NCBI GenBank assembly: GCA_030295235.1
Contig: AP026131.1
Location: forward strand, 62,001-126,000
DNA from: Fistulifera solaris
Taxonomy: Eukaryota
Length of the DNA stretch: 64,000 nt
Direction: 5' to 3'
Shown: positions 11,101-22,700 of the stretch, piece after piece
Numbering within the stretch: position 1 is the first letter of the stretch
Layout of the letters: each line of letters begins with the position of its first letter
Notes under the pieces: generated by a model
What the model was told of the DNA's origin: nothing
Databases searched by the model: none
The model's input: only the letters and a program-made list of their open reading frames with translations
Position numbers and translations under genes: made by a program

Positions 11101-12696
11101 ATGCCACGTCGTCGCTTCTTGCCGTCGGCACTCTGCCTGTTAATAGCCATTGCGTTCTTTCTTTACCGAAATGAATTTATCGCCGAGAATTCACAAGCGC
11201 GCTTCGATGCTCGACAATTTGATACTTCCTTTTCTCCTCCGTTAAACGCCGTGAATGACGAATATACTTTAATAGCAGTTGCTCCGAATGAATTACCTGG
11301 TTATACAGGATGGGCTCGTTCGGAGCTGACGGATGCGGGGCATTTTCGCATAGTCAGAGAGCCTTCTTCTAAAGCAATAGCTGGGCAAGAATGGGAGATT
11401 ACGGTCGAGTGTTCGTCGTGCACAAGTGAATCATGGTTTTATTTACGAGCCTATGGTCCTGCAATTATCACAGGAACAGTTACATCCGAAAGTCCTGGTC
11501 GCTATCGCATGCGTTTTCTCCCGATCGATCCAGGAATTTATACCGTTGAAGTGGTCTTGACCTTTTCGGCCGTACCTTCCCTCACGGATTTTCCACTTCA
11601 GGATACAAAAGTGCCCAAATATGAAGGATATTTGTTACCAGGATTTCCTTTCTTCTTGACGGTTCAAGGAAATAATCCTTCTCGCGAAACACAGCTGCCG
11701 TACTGTACCTTTGATCAGTTGACAACCACCAACAATCATATTTCACCGTTTATTAATGCGCGATGGAAGCTCATTGATTCCATTCGGAGCTCAACACATA
11801 CAAAAACGGTACCGGGAGATGACACAATTCAACTGGCAGCTTATCAACAATCGTTTCACGGATTGGGTCTTCGTTTTTCTTACGAGCGAACGGATTGTCG
11901 TATCGTGGGTGTTCCTGACTCCAAGTTCCATCCCATCGAGGACTGTATTGCCTCACTTTCCAAACCTTTGCATATTATTCTGATTGGTGATTCGGTGATG
12001 CGATTGCAACGCTCTGTCTTGGAGGGGTGGATGAAACAAATGATTGAATCCGGACAAGCCAAGATTACATTTTACGAATTGTATGGAGGAACGTTGCGCT
12101 CGGAGCGACTATCGGGACCGAAAATCTCTACGATTTCGCAAGAACAAGCGTCGTCTAATGAGCAAAAAATTGTATTGTTCAACTCGGGCTTACATGATAT
12201 TCATCGTCTCTGTGGGGACGAGTGGAAGGACGATCGTAGTAGCTATTTGAATGATTTGGAGCTACAGCAATCTTGTGTGGACATGTATCAAGTAGCGCTA
12301 GACACTCTGTTCACGAATGTACTTCAAATCGCAGAAGTGGACTTGTTTGTCTTTCAAACAACAACGGCGGGATGGCCCAAGTACGGAAATTACGGAGTGG
12401 CATGGAGTCCTATTGATGGTCAGGGGTTGCCGTTAGATGCCGGCTTTGTGGATCGGTTCAATCTTATTGCGATCGATTACATTTCGAAAATGAAGCAAGG
12501 TGGAGCCTATAGTAATTTGCACATCATGGATGGATACTGGGTCTCTTTACCGAGACCCGACAACCGCGAAATCAGTAAAAAAGCGGACATTGGCAAGAAA
12601 CTCTCGCATCCAGGACACGAAGTAACATATGCCATGGTTCTATTCTTTTCCATGATGGTGTTACAAACAATGTGTCCCGCATTGCTTCATGCCTAA
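11101..12696 (+). CDS. Membrane-anchored SGNH-type esterase/acetyltransferase (PC-esterase/NXPE-like) with an N-terminal Ig-like segment
   Basis: Intact 531-aa ORF with an N-terminal signal anchor and motifs LIGDSVMR, FNSGLHD, TTTAGWP, MDGYW and SHPG. Confidence 0.7.
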   Translation: MPRRRFLPSALCLLIAIAFFLYRNEFIAENSQARFDARQFDTSFSPPLNAVNDEYTLIAVAPNELPGYTGWARSELTDAGHFRIVREPSSKAIAGQEWEITVECSSCTSESWFYLRAYGPAIITGTVTSESPGRYRMRFLPIDPGIYTVEVVLTFSAVPSLTDFPLQDTKVPKYEGYLLPGFPFFLTVQGNNPSRETQLPYCTFDQLTTTNNHISPFINARWKLIDSIRSSTHTKTVPGDDTIQLAAYQQSFHGLGLRFSYERTDCRIVGVPDSKFHPIEDCIASLSKPLHIILIGDSVMRLQRSVLEGWMKQMIESGQAKITFYELYGGTLRSERLSGPKISTISQEQASSNEQKIVLFNSGLHDIHRLCGDEWKDDRSSYLNDLELQQSCVDMYQVALDTLFTNVLQIAEVDLFVFQTTTAGWPKYGNYGVAWSPIDGQGLPLDAGFVDRFNLIAIDYISKMKQGGAYSNLHIMDGYWVSLPRPDNREISKKADIGKKLSHPGHEVTYAMVLFFSMMVLQTMCPALLHA

Positions 12697-12751
12697 CAAT
12701 TGTGCGGTGTTCTTCGCCCATAATTTTCGACAAATTAAAACAAACTTAATG

Positions 12752-13984
12752 CTAATGACTATGATACTGAATGGCCGGCTCCACTCCTCCGTTTCTCTGT
12801 ATCCAATCGTTCCACAACTTGTGCATGACCAACTGTTTCTGCGTGGCTACATCCATCGATTGCAAATACTGTTTTCGTTCTGACCCGTCCGACATAGTCA
12901 TTGCTGTTTCTTGTACACGACGTGCTAGAGCTGCTGCTCGTTGGAGTGTTTCCTGACGTTGTTCGTCTCGCAAAGATAACAATTCGGCCCAAATTTCTTG
13001 TTGCAACTGTTCGCCCGCAATGGGCAGCGTGTGAGTCGGAGGTCTAGTAGAAGATGACGAAGCAACGGTTTCTTCTTTTCCGGTATCGGGGTCTACAATT
13101 ACTATTGATTCGGAGTATTGGACGGAAACGATTCGAGTGGTAGCGTCATCGTGGTTCGTGAATTGCGGCATAATTTGTGATGTGCTCTGGAAGGCCTGCT
13201 GTTGTGCTTGATGCGTTGCAGTTTTAATGGCGGCATTCATTGACGTCACCAATTGAGCAAACGTTGATTGAACGACATCATCATCCGTGAATTCATTCTT
13301 CTCTTGTTGATGAGTGGTGTGAAAGAACAAACGTTGCAATTCCGCTTTGACAGTCGAAACATCGTAGCCGAGTAAGTTCCAGAAATGTTGCTGCATATGT
13401 TCGAGTCGTTCATGTGGAAATGTGAACTCATCTTTCGTTGTTGCTTCAACTTCCTGAGCAAACGGCATAGCCTCCTTGTGACCATGCGCTAAATACTGTT
13501 GTACGATGGGCAACTGCACGGCCGCGAGACACAATCCGCAAAATTCCAGGAAATGTGCCCTTTGTATGCGATATTTTCGAAGATTGGCTGAAGGGATTGT
13601 CGATTGAGCCGTAGTAACTGTTACTACCAAACGCGCAAAGGCAAGACGCGCTGCGTGATCGAGTAAATGAGAATGGGATTTTGAATTTCGTAACGCTTCC
13701 TGCACATGTAAAGTAGTGATGACTGGCGATGAGGATCCTTTTGACTCGTCTTTCGTTAACTTTCGGCTTTTATTCCATTGTGACACCACTTTTGTCAAGC
13801 AATCGTGCTGGTGTTGCAGCAAACAATGCCGTAATTGTGACAAGGAAGTAGAGCACGATTCGCTGTCCTTCTTGAGATCATCGGTCTTCACGTAAAACGT
13901 TTGTAAAGAATCAATGCATCGTGTTACAAACGTTTCTACGAGCTCAAGAGGAACAGCGGAATCAAAGGAAGAAAGGGAAGGCAT
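12752..13984 (-). CDS. Hypothetical protein
   Basis: Intact 410-aa ORF, convergent with the preceding gene. No family recognised. Confidence 0.75.
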   Translation of the reverse strand: MPSLSSFDSAVPLELVETFVTRCIDSLQTFYVKTDDLKKDSESCSTSLSQLRHCLLQHQHDCLTKVVSQWNKSRKLTKDESKGSSSPVITTLHVQEALRNSKSHSHLLDHAARLAFARLVVTVTTAQSTIPSANLRKYRIQRAHFLEFCGLCLAAVQLPIVQQYLAHGHKEAMPFAQEVEATTKDEFTFPHERLEHMQQHFWNLLGYDVSTVKAELQRLFFHTTHQQEKNEFTDDDVVQSTFAQLVTSMNAAIKTATHQAQQQAFQSTSQIMPQFTNHDDATTRIVSVQYSESIVIVDPDTGKEETVASSSSTRPPTHTLPIAGEQLQQEIWAELLSLRDEQRQETLQRAAALARRVQETAMTMSDGSERKQYLQSMDVATQKQLVMHKLWNDWIQRNGGVEPAIQYHSH

Positions 13985-14052
13985 GATAGAATAAATTGAA
14001 GATGCTCTTCCTTCATCGGCTCTTTCAGGTATAACAATGCTTACCTGGTAGC

Positions 14053-14457
14053 GATCCAGAAGTTCTGTGGTGGTCCAGAAATTCTGGACCAGTTGTTTCG
14101 ATTTTCTACAAACAGCGTATCACAGTAAATTCCAGAAATTCTGGAAAGTGCGATCTCATCATACAGAAATTCTGTGGTGGTCCAGAAATTCTGGACCAGG
14201 TGATTTTCATCTCACAGAAATTATGTCCACGTTCAAGGAACGTTAAAACTCGTTGTAATGGATCATAAGGTACAAGGATTCCGCGCAGATTCCAGAAAGT
14301 CTGCACACGGGATTTTTCAACAAACAGCATTTCACAGTAAATTCCAGAAATTCTGGAAAATGCGATCTCGTCATACAGAAATTCTGTGGATGGTCCAGAA
14401 ATTCTGGCCAGTTCTTTCTATCCTACCGAAATGAGTGCATGTTCCAGAAATTCCGGA
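14053..14457. repeat. Cluster of about 11 palindromic CAGAAATTCTG boxes, including a ~90-bp block duplicated at 212-bp spacing
   Basis: TGGTCCAGAAATTCTGGACCA and TTCCAGAAATTCTGGAA are palindromes around a central A. Block 14109-14199 recurs at 14321-14411. Confidence 0.9.
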
Positions 14458-14597
14458 CAGCGTGTTTGTGATCACAACGAAAAAATGTGCTTTTTGGTGT
14501 TGCTGAAGATTAAAGTATTCTGAATATTCATTCACGACGTACCAAGCTAGCAGAACTTGTTCAGGTTGAAAAGCTATGTGGCTCGAAACTATATGGT

Positions 14598-14652
14598 TCA
14601 TGACTGAAATGCAGTCATGATAAAAAGTCGTATACATTTTAACGGTATAGTA
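14598..14652 (-). repeat. Inverted solo copy of dispersed repeat family B core
   Basis: The reverse complement reads TACTATACCGTTAAAATGTAT...ATCATGACTGCATTTCAGTCATGA, matching the copies at 26385, 26621, 54870 and 55095. Confidence 0.65.
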
Positions 14653-14789
14653 CAGTGAGTACCGGTCAGATTTTCGCTTGCGGTCTCAGAACGGAGTAAC
14701 GCAACCTTTCATTCTCAACAATAAAAATGCTTGTCATATCAATCTCACACCTTTTGTTAGTGCTATATACTTTTTGAACGTTCCCATTC

Positions 14790-17048
14790 ATGTGGAGGCC
14801 GTTAATATCGAGACAAGTGCCTGTATTTTGGCCGCGAATACCGTATCGCAGTGAGGCACGCGCCGTAGCAACTGAATTATCGAGACGACGACCTCGAGAC
14901 AACTTTCATTTTTCGTGTTCCTATCTCTCTTCGTGTGCTACCAACAGCGATGATGCAAATAATGCTACCAGTAATATGACAACAACTCCCTTTATTCCCC
15001 CCTTCACAACGTTTTGATGCCGCAGTCAGCAATTGGGAAGACGTGACACGAGAAATATTGCAACATCCTATCACCACGGAGCGAGTTTTCGATCAAGCCG
15101 AACAAGCTGTACGTTACTGGACGACACAACAAACGCCGCAAGCTATTGATTTTGCTTTTCAAATATTTCGTCACATGGCAACACAGCTGCATCAGGAGCA
15201 GCCCGAACTCATTCAAGTTGTTTATTATTGGGATCGGGGAGCTTTTCCTCGTGCGACATCGTTGTTGAATGCCCTCATGGATGCGTGGCGCATGGCGTGG
15301 CAGCAATCGATTATATCAAATCCCACTCCGTTCGAAGCTTTAGAGTTTGTAAAAGAAATGGATGCCTTACAAGTACCCGTCGAATGTCGTTCCTTTACAT
15401 ATCCGATGCAAGCCGCATTGCAGCGACCTTTACACCTGACGTCTGCCCCGTTGACTTTTGTGAAAACATTTTGGCTTTCTTGTTAGTACGAGGCTCCGAA
15501 CAAGACAATTGCTTGCCCGATCGCATTGCTTGGACGATGGCATTGAATGCTTGGGCGAAAAGTCCACGTCCGGATGCGGCACAAAGGGCGATGCAATTGT
15601 GGCAGCTCTTACTCGACTTACAACATCAACGCAAACTGAGGGAAACGCCCAGTACGATCTTGTATAATGCGGCATTAGAGGCACTCACGAAAACACGACA
15701 ATTGGCTGATATGGAACAAGCTGAGACTATTTTAATGAGTATGAAGGAAACGCCCTTTCCAGAAGTGGTGCCCGATACCGTCAGTTATCGGTTGGTCGTG
15801 TTTGGCTGGAATCAATTGGCTATCGAACCTTTTGCACAGCAACGACAACGAAAGGAACGGCGACAATCTGCTTTTACAGCACGGGATGCCATGGAACGTG
15901 CGTTTCGTGTCGTCAAGCTAGCATCTCGCGATGTGAAAGAAGGCCAACCTGTCATCGATGCTTCGTTCTTTTCCATACTCATTTCAACCTTGTCACGGCA
16001 TAGTCGAGACTATGCCGATCACAAGCGGGCTGAAGAAATATTTCATTATCTTAATCAACAGTACGAACGCACCAAACATGTACACTTCCAACCTGATGCG
16101 CACATCATGAAAGCGATGCTCCTACTATATGCCAAAACGGACCGACCCAAGCAAGCCCAAGCTGTTTTGCAACATTTGGAGGCCTTGTCGGAACAACATA
16201 GTGATCCTAAGGTGCTTCCGAAACGTGGACATTATCGCGATCTTATTCAAGCATGGATACGTTCGAAGTCTTGGGATGCGCCCAAGTATACACAAACACT
16301 CGTGTCCAAACTTTTGGACTTGGCACTCCAACCGGGAAATTCGGATTACATACTGGATCCTTCCGACATAGATTCCGCATTGAAAAAGGTATCGCGAGGT
16401 ACAGGAGGTGGTGTTGGGAAGCGCACCGAGCAGATGTTCCGGAAATTCCAAACAACTTACCGAAAGTCGGGCGATGCTCGATTAGAACCCCTGCCGATTC
16501 ATTATTTGCGAGTTATGTATGCATATTCTCAGACGGATGCTCCGAATGCCTCGCAACGAATTCAAGCATTATGGAAAGAACTTGATCAATGGTGTCGTGA
16601 AAGTCCTTTCCGAAAACTAGATTGTTTTGATTGCACGGCGGCTATTTCAGCCTTGTCGAGCGTTCGTCCTTTGGACGCAACGACGCTTGATCAGATCAGT
16701 TCTATTGTCGAGCAAGCGCAAAGGAATTACCAACAGACTGGCAACGAAAAGTTACGGCCCGATACGATGTTATATCAAGCCGCGTTAAAGGCGTGTCGTG
16801 CGGCTGGAGATGGCGAGCGTGCTGAATCGATCTTTCTGTCTATGTTACTAGACCATGATTCTGGCAATAAACTCGTACAGCCAACATCACGACATTTCAA
16901 TATGACCTTGGCGGCCTGGCTTTATTCTAAGCAGACTCATACAGCAGACAGAGTCCGAATGCTAGTCGAGAGGGTGGGCAACCGAGTTGATGCTCGTCCA
17001 GATGAAGTGACACAAGATATTTTGCAGAAGATTTTTCACAAAGACTGA
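14790..17048 (+). CDS. Pentatricopeptide-repeat (PPR-like) protein, probably mitochondrial
   Basis: Arg-rich presequence, then repeats such as PDRIAWTMALNAWAKS, PSTILYNAALEAL, PDTVSYRLVVFGW and PDTMLYQAALKAC. Three ORFs join through indels near 15012 and 15430. Confidence 0.85.
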
Positions 17049-17243
17049 TCCTCTACGCAATCCGATTGCACCGTAAGCTTTTAAAATAAGTAGCATTCGA
17101 CCTGTTATGATCAAAGCATTTTTATCACTGCCATATTTTTGTCAAAATCGTTGAGCCAATTTTTTAACGGAGTCGATTCGTCGATTCGTTTTGAAGTCTA
17201 GGCAAAATCCGACGTAACTGTCTCAATCGCATTCCAGCCACAG

Positions 17244-18482
17244 TCACTTCGGTTCATCGATCAAGCGAATGCGGAACATGTTAGGCCATAACTTTCCGGT
17301 GACCCAATATTCGTCGCTGGTACCCGGAACAAGTGCAATGCCATTAAAAACATCAGAAGTCACATCTCTATCAGAATACAATGTGCTCAAATCATACTCT
17401 ACAGTCACTAATCCCGTGTCTGGATCGATCCTTTGAATCGTATCGCTGTACCATACGTTGGCTAAGATCGTGTCGGTTGTCGGATCCCATTCTAGTTCGT
17501 TGAGATTGTTGACTGCATTCGGGTCATCCTCCAGATTCTCTCGAGACGTTACTTGGACGCGACGAAACTCCACAAAATCCAATTGATTCCAGAAATGCAA
17601 ATAAGAAGAGCCGTCACTAACGACGAACATTTTATTTCCGTCCTTTTCTCTCCCAGTAATGCCCCAACCTTCGTTCCGAGTAGTGGAAAACGTTCTATTG
17701 GCTAATGGCTGTAATGTCTGGCTATCGTAGACGAATACGGTCCCTTCCTGCCATGTCAACTGTACAATACGACCTTCTCCTGACTCCGTTTCATAATAAG
17801 TAATCCCTTCTCCGAAGTAACTATCGGACAATTCTGTTTGAACCAATACATTCCCCGTCAGTAGATCGACGCGACGAACATCTGATTCTCCATACAGCCC
17901 CGTTCCTTCATAGAGCTCATGCTGATTGTTGTCTCGAGGGACGAATACCAAGCCTTGCGTGAAAGCATCTGGATCATGCGGTACAGTTTCTAGCAATTCA
18001 AAGGTCCCCCTCCGAGTTACATCGGGCTCTGGAGATGTCTTCAAGAAAGGATCAGGAAGAGTGAGCGGTTCAGCAGCTACGAAAATTGCGATACTGCGAT
18101 ACGACATCTTCTTTTCACAATGTCTCTCTCGGCGTTCGCATCTCTGCGTATGGAGATGCAATAAAACTTGTGACTCTCTGTTGCTGGTAATTCTCACCTT
18201 GGCTATTGTTGGCGCGAATGTGGGTGCTGTAGCGATAGGTGACGAATTATCGGTCGAGGCGGGAGAGGTTGTAATTTGAACAGAAGGAGTCGTCGGGGCG
18301 GATGTTGTAGTAGCATTCGATGATTCGTGATCGATTGATATGGGAGAAACATTGTTGTTGTTTCGGCAAATCAAGACAGCTGATACAATCGCAGACGTTA
18401 ATATTGCTACACAAAGGACGCCACCGATGAAACGTTTTCGTTTACGATGAAAGGATGTTGCATCTGTTTCGGGTGTTGACAT
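17244..18482 (-). CDS. Glutamine cyclotransferase (type II, plant/bacterial-type glutaminyl cyclase) with N-terminal membrane anchor
   Basis: HDPDAFTQGL, YEGTGLYGES, FGEGIT, QLTW, EGWGIT, SDGS, LNELE, NGIA and VTGKLWP, preceded by a TM segment and an S/T/P stalk. Possible intron at about 18077-18197; start uncertain. Confidence 0.9.
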   Translation of the reverse strand: MSTPETDATSFHRKRKRFIGGVLCVAILTSAIVSAVLICRNNNNVSPISIDHESSNATTTSAPTTPSVQITTSPASTDNSSPIATAPTFAPTIAKVRITSNRESQVLLHLHTQRCERRERHCEKKMSYRSIAIFVAAEPLTLPDPFLKTSPEPDVTRRGTFELLETVPHDPDAFTQGLVFVPRDNNQHELYEGTGLYGESDVRRVDLLTGNVLVQTELSDSYFGEGITYYETESGEGRIVQLTWQEGTVFVYDSQTLQPLANRTFSTTRNEGWGITGREKDGNKMFVVSDGSSYLHFWNQLDFVEFRRVQVTSRENLEDDPNAVNNLNELEWDPTTDTILANVWYSDTIQRIDPDTGLVTVEYDLSTLYSDRDVTSDVFNGIALVPGTSDEYWVTGKLWPNMFRIRLIDEPK

Positions 18483-18916
18483 GCTAAGAATGAAGCCTCT
18501 TTTAGAAGGCATTGCGACTGTTGCATCGATTCTACCAATCAACAGGCATAGAAACGGAATTGAATGACGACGAAGGTAAGTTTTGTTCATTATTATTGTT
18601 GTCGCTTACATTCGGGACTGCAAAAGTAGTTCAGTCGCCTCTCTACTACACTCTATCGAATACCTGGTACTCCGTCGTGAGTAAAGATTTTAAAAATGGA
18701 ATGCAATTCTCGTCAACAGGCTCCTGCTCCCTGACTCATTGGTTGCACCATCATCAACACTAATATCATCGTGATCGCTTATTTTATAAATGGCTCTGAT
18801 GCCACAAGTCCTACCTACTTTGTAAAGGGCAAAATACACACAGTTTCCAGTGAGTTCGACTGTAGTCCTCGGGACTGTACGGCGAGGACCGAATTGTTCT
18901 TGCTATTTAGCGTTAA

Positions 18917-19413
18917 CTAAGTCGAAGCTATCAGGGCCCCCATTACCATAACCAAGCCAATAATAACACCCGCAAAGAGTCCTAGTTGCTCAAAGCCGGG
19001 CGTCAACAAAATTATTTCCTCTGACACCACCTGCCAAGTCAATTTTGCCTCGCCCCGGACTTCTAACAAACTACCTGGTCGCATTAGGAAAGTTTCCTTT
19101 TGCGGTATGTTTTCCTTCGCTACTGTCACTTTAGCTTCTCCGTCTAATACATATCGAACGAGAATCTGCCCCTCCCGCGACACTTCCTCAAACGATCCTT
19201 TCGATCTTGCTTGTTGTGGCCATTCTCGAATTCCTAATGATTCCGCCTCAGATTGAGAAGGCATTGTGAAGCGAATCAAATCAGCGTTTTCATTTGTGGC
19301 CATGAAAAAGGGAGATGCGGGCGAAATTGACTGTTCATCGGAACCGGAGCAAACGAGGAAGCCGCCAAAAGGGTCATTATAAAATGTAATGCTATCATTC
19401 TAGGAATCGTCAT
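18917..19413 (-). CDS. Small plastid-targeted cupin-like (Cupin_3-like) protein with C-terminal TM helix
   Basis: ATG 19413 gives MTIPRMIALHFIMTLLAASSFAP (signal + ASAFAP-like motif). It joins ORF 19303 (ESLGIREWP...YVLDGEAKV...PGSLL) through an A-run indel near 19305. Confidence 0.65.
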
Positions 19414-19774
19414 GGTAACAGCCGAACTCGAAGCACACTTTGCTAAAAAGCAAAGTCAAAAACGCGTTGGGAGTTATAAGAAGTGGAAAGAATCCAATGA
19501 TAAAAAGTGAAACACGGGTTTTTATTAAGTAGGTTGTGTGATGTTTCTCGCGTTCGTCGTTTGTAGTCTATGATGTTCGCCAACTAAAAAAAGGCATGAT
19601 CATGACGGAGCGGCACTGGAGCTACGTACCATCAAGGAGTTGTATGATTAACTAAAGCTGCATTCTGCATCCCTTCAATCAATTTGAATTGGATCTCTAT
19701 AGAACGTTCTTCTAATTACATTTGTTAAGCAAAGACAAAATAGCACTTACGTATTGGTGCTCAAGGAACGAATT

Positions 19775-22700
19775 TCAGTCGATATCCAAGGCCTCGCACG
19801 CAGCGAACGCTTCTATTTCAGCTTCACGAAGTCTGTGGCGTTCATAGGTTTCTGGACAGTCAATGCAAGAGCAATTTGCCAAGGGAGTTACTAATCCGGT
19901 TTGAACCGTTTTCTTGTTTTTGCCGGAAGACGACACTGAGCTTTGTGCAAACGTTGATGCATCTTCTCTGCACAAGTTACAGGCAGAACAGATTTTTGCT
20001 ACCTGGAAAGCTTTATCCTGGATGTCTTTGAGCCGCGAAATGGTCTGCAGCGTAGCATCCACAGGATTTTCCCGACACTTGTTGCAAATAGCAGTTCTTG
20101 ATCTCCCCTGTGATGCACACTTATTCTGACACAGATAGCAAATATCGCTTCCAAAGTAAGATGATATCATGATGCTACTCCCTGATCTCGTTATTGGCCA
20201 GAAATGAATTCTGCTGCGTGGCTTAGGGCATGAATCGTACCATGAAACGACGTCAATATGATGAGGGGCAAGGCTGAGGCATCGTTGCAAAGCAGCGTTC
20301 AAGTGTTTAGTAATATAGTATGCAGCATGGATCGTGTATGCGTCCCATTGTTCCAATAATTCCATTGGCGTGAGTACACAGTCACGGAGTCGGAATGATT
20401 TGCCTGGAGTAGCCACGATAACATATGCCACTCTCTCTTTGTGTCGCACTAAGCGGCCCGGATCTGCCTCACTCAAGCGCCGAGCTAGAACTGCTTGGAC
20501 CGGACCAACACGCCCCCACGGTATTTGGAGCGAACACGACCAGTTAATACAAAGTCTGAAACAGGTAGCTGCCCGGCTAAAATTGCGTTCCATTGTCTGT
20601 AAGGTAGTCTTTCACCGCCACTGTGTCGCGCTGAAAGAGGGTGATTAGGCTGTTTTGAAGTACTTTTTGTGTCAAAGCACACTGGTCACGGCGGATGGTT
20701 TCCAGCCCTTTGGCTTCAAAGATTGGTTTCGTTTGATCTTTCGACTCGAACTTCATGCCACAGTATTTCTTTTTCGTCTGTAAAATACATCCGCCGTAAA
20801 CTTTTTCGAGCTTAAGTTGTACAGGAGGTGGATTGCTAGCAGTCACTGCCGCGCAGAATTCCTCCCCAAATTCGAACCCTTCTTGGACAGAACGGCCTGG
20901 TAGTTTTACAAAAATCGAATCTGTATCTCCATACAAGACCTCGCATCCAGCCCATTTACCGTTTTCATCGCGACCCCATCTATTTGCAAGACTAATGGCT
21001 TTGTTCAACGTTCTGCGTGCGCATTCGACGATTGTATCCGCCAAAACTGGCATAGCGCATCGTCCTGAAAATGTTGCAGATGTATAACCTGATACAAAGG
21101 AGCCTGAGCAATGCTGGTTTAAAAAATAACAATTCCGCTGAAGTACTTACCATAAGTCACATTCGCAACATATTTCAAAGCGAGCTGACGCGCTTCCAGC
21201 TGTCTCAAGATAGATGGCGACAAATCTGCGACATTCTTTTTGTATAGTTTTGCGGCCTTTTTCAGCATTGCTCGTGTACTCAACATTTCATCGAGAACTT
21301 GCGGGAGGACGCCTTTAACAACTTCCTCGCTGACGAAAATAGTACCTGTTGGAGCAACATATGCTCGGTCTGACTGATCAGTGTTAAGTGATCGGATGTG
21401 ATGTTTAAAAACAGAAGCTGATCTCCGTTCGCTATAATGAAAGGGACCAATCCTTCCTTTCGTTCTGCCTTGCGTGCGCATCTCGGACCGGGTTGAATGA
21501 TAGTCCAGACGTCCAGCACAAGTGGAGTAGCACAGATTATAGGCAATGACGAGGGACGGGTACAAGGCCGTAAAATCGCAGACGACAACGGGATCGCGGT
21601 GATGTCCAGACTGGGGTTCGAGCGTGAGTGCCTGAACTTCTAAGGCTTCTTGTTTGTCTGAATCTTTGAGGGAAGGCGAATAAAAGAAGTACGACCGATT
21701 AGACAAATCGTGGCAAGCTTCCCCCTCCACCTCCCGTTCACGTCTCCTGGCTTTCCATGGGCTTTGGCTCTGTGATTTTGTCTCAGACGACAAAGAAGAG
21801 GATGTATGCATGGATGAAGGCAGCCTAATTTTCTTCCCCTTCTTCGAACCGCGCTCGTTAGCATTCAGACTCTTTAAGGCACGAAGAAGGACACCCTCAA
21901 CTTTATATTGGCTGCCTCGTATGCCAGGAAAACTCTGTGAAAATTCCACACCACTCAAACGAGCTGCTTCTCCAGATCGACCGATCATATCAAGTGCGTC
22001 AAACAGTAGCAAAGAACACGTTGCTTGTAATAGACGATAATGTAAGACGCGCCAACGTTCTTTTCCATTATTGTAGCCATAATATTCCGAAAGAATAATA
22101 TTGTCATGAAAAGGAATCCGCTTCCTCAAGACTGATGACACTATTGCAGGCAAATATGAAGCATTCGGATGTTTGACCTCCTCTGCAACAATCTTCCAAA
22201 CTGCGAATGATATTCTACCAACCTACAAAGTAAGCGAGACTAGGAAGTTAGCCCGAGAATACCCACGTCATCTGAACATATCCAGACTTACTACGGATGC
22301 AGCAGCAGCCCCTGCACCGACTCTGTCATCCCATTCGACGCCCAGACCACTACCTTTCCAACGTGACTCGTCTTTAATGGTCGTTCCGGGCGTGGATAAA
22401 TCAAACTGTGATTGTGGAACGACTATGTTAGTACCCGAGCCTCGGAAGACGGCAGAAGTTGTTGGAGTACGACCAAATAAACGCGCCAGATCAAGTTCCA
22501 TAGTACCTGATAGACCCGACGACGCTGCAGCCCTTGTTGCAGTTCGCTTTTCTTTACCCAATGAAATTCCTCTTTCAATCAGATACCCTGTACCTAGACC
22601 TTGCGTGTCCCAAGACAGAAGCATGTCTTTCAGCGCAGCAACATTAGAATTCAATTACTTTCAATGGATGATTTGACTACTAGTGCATGCTTACCAGGAT

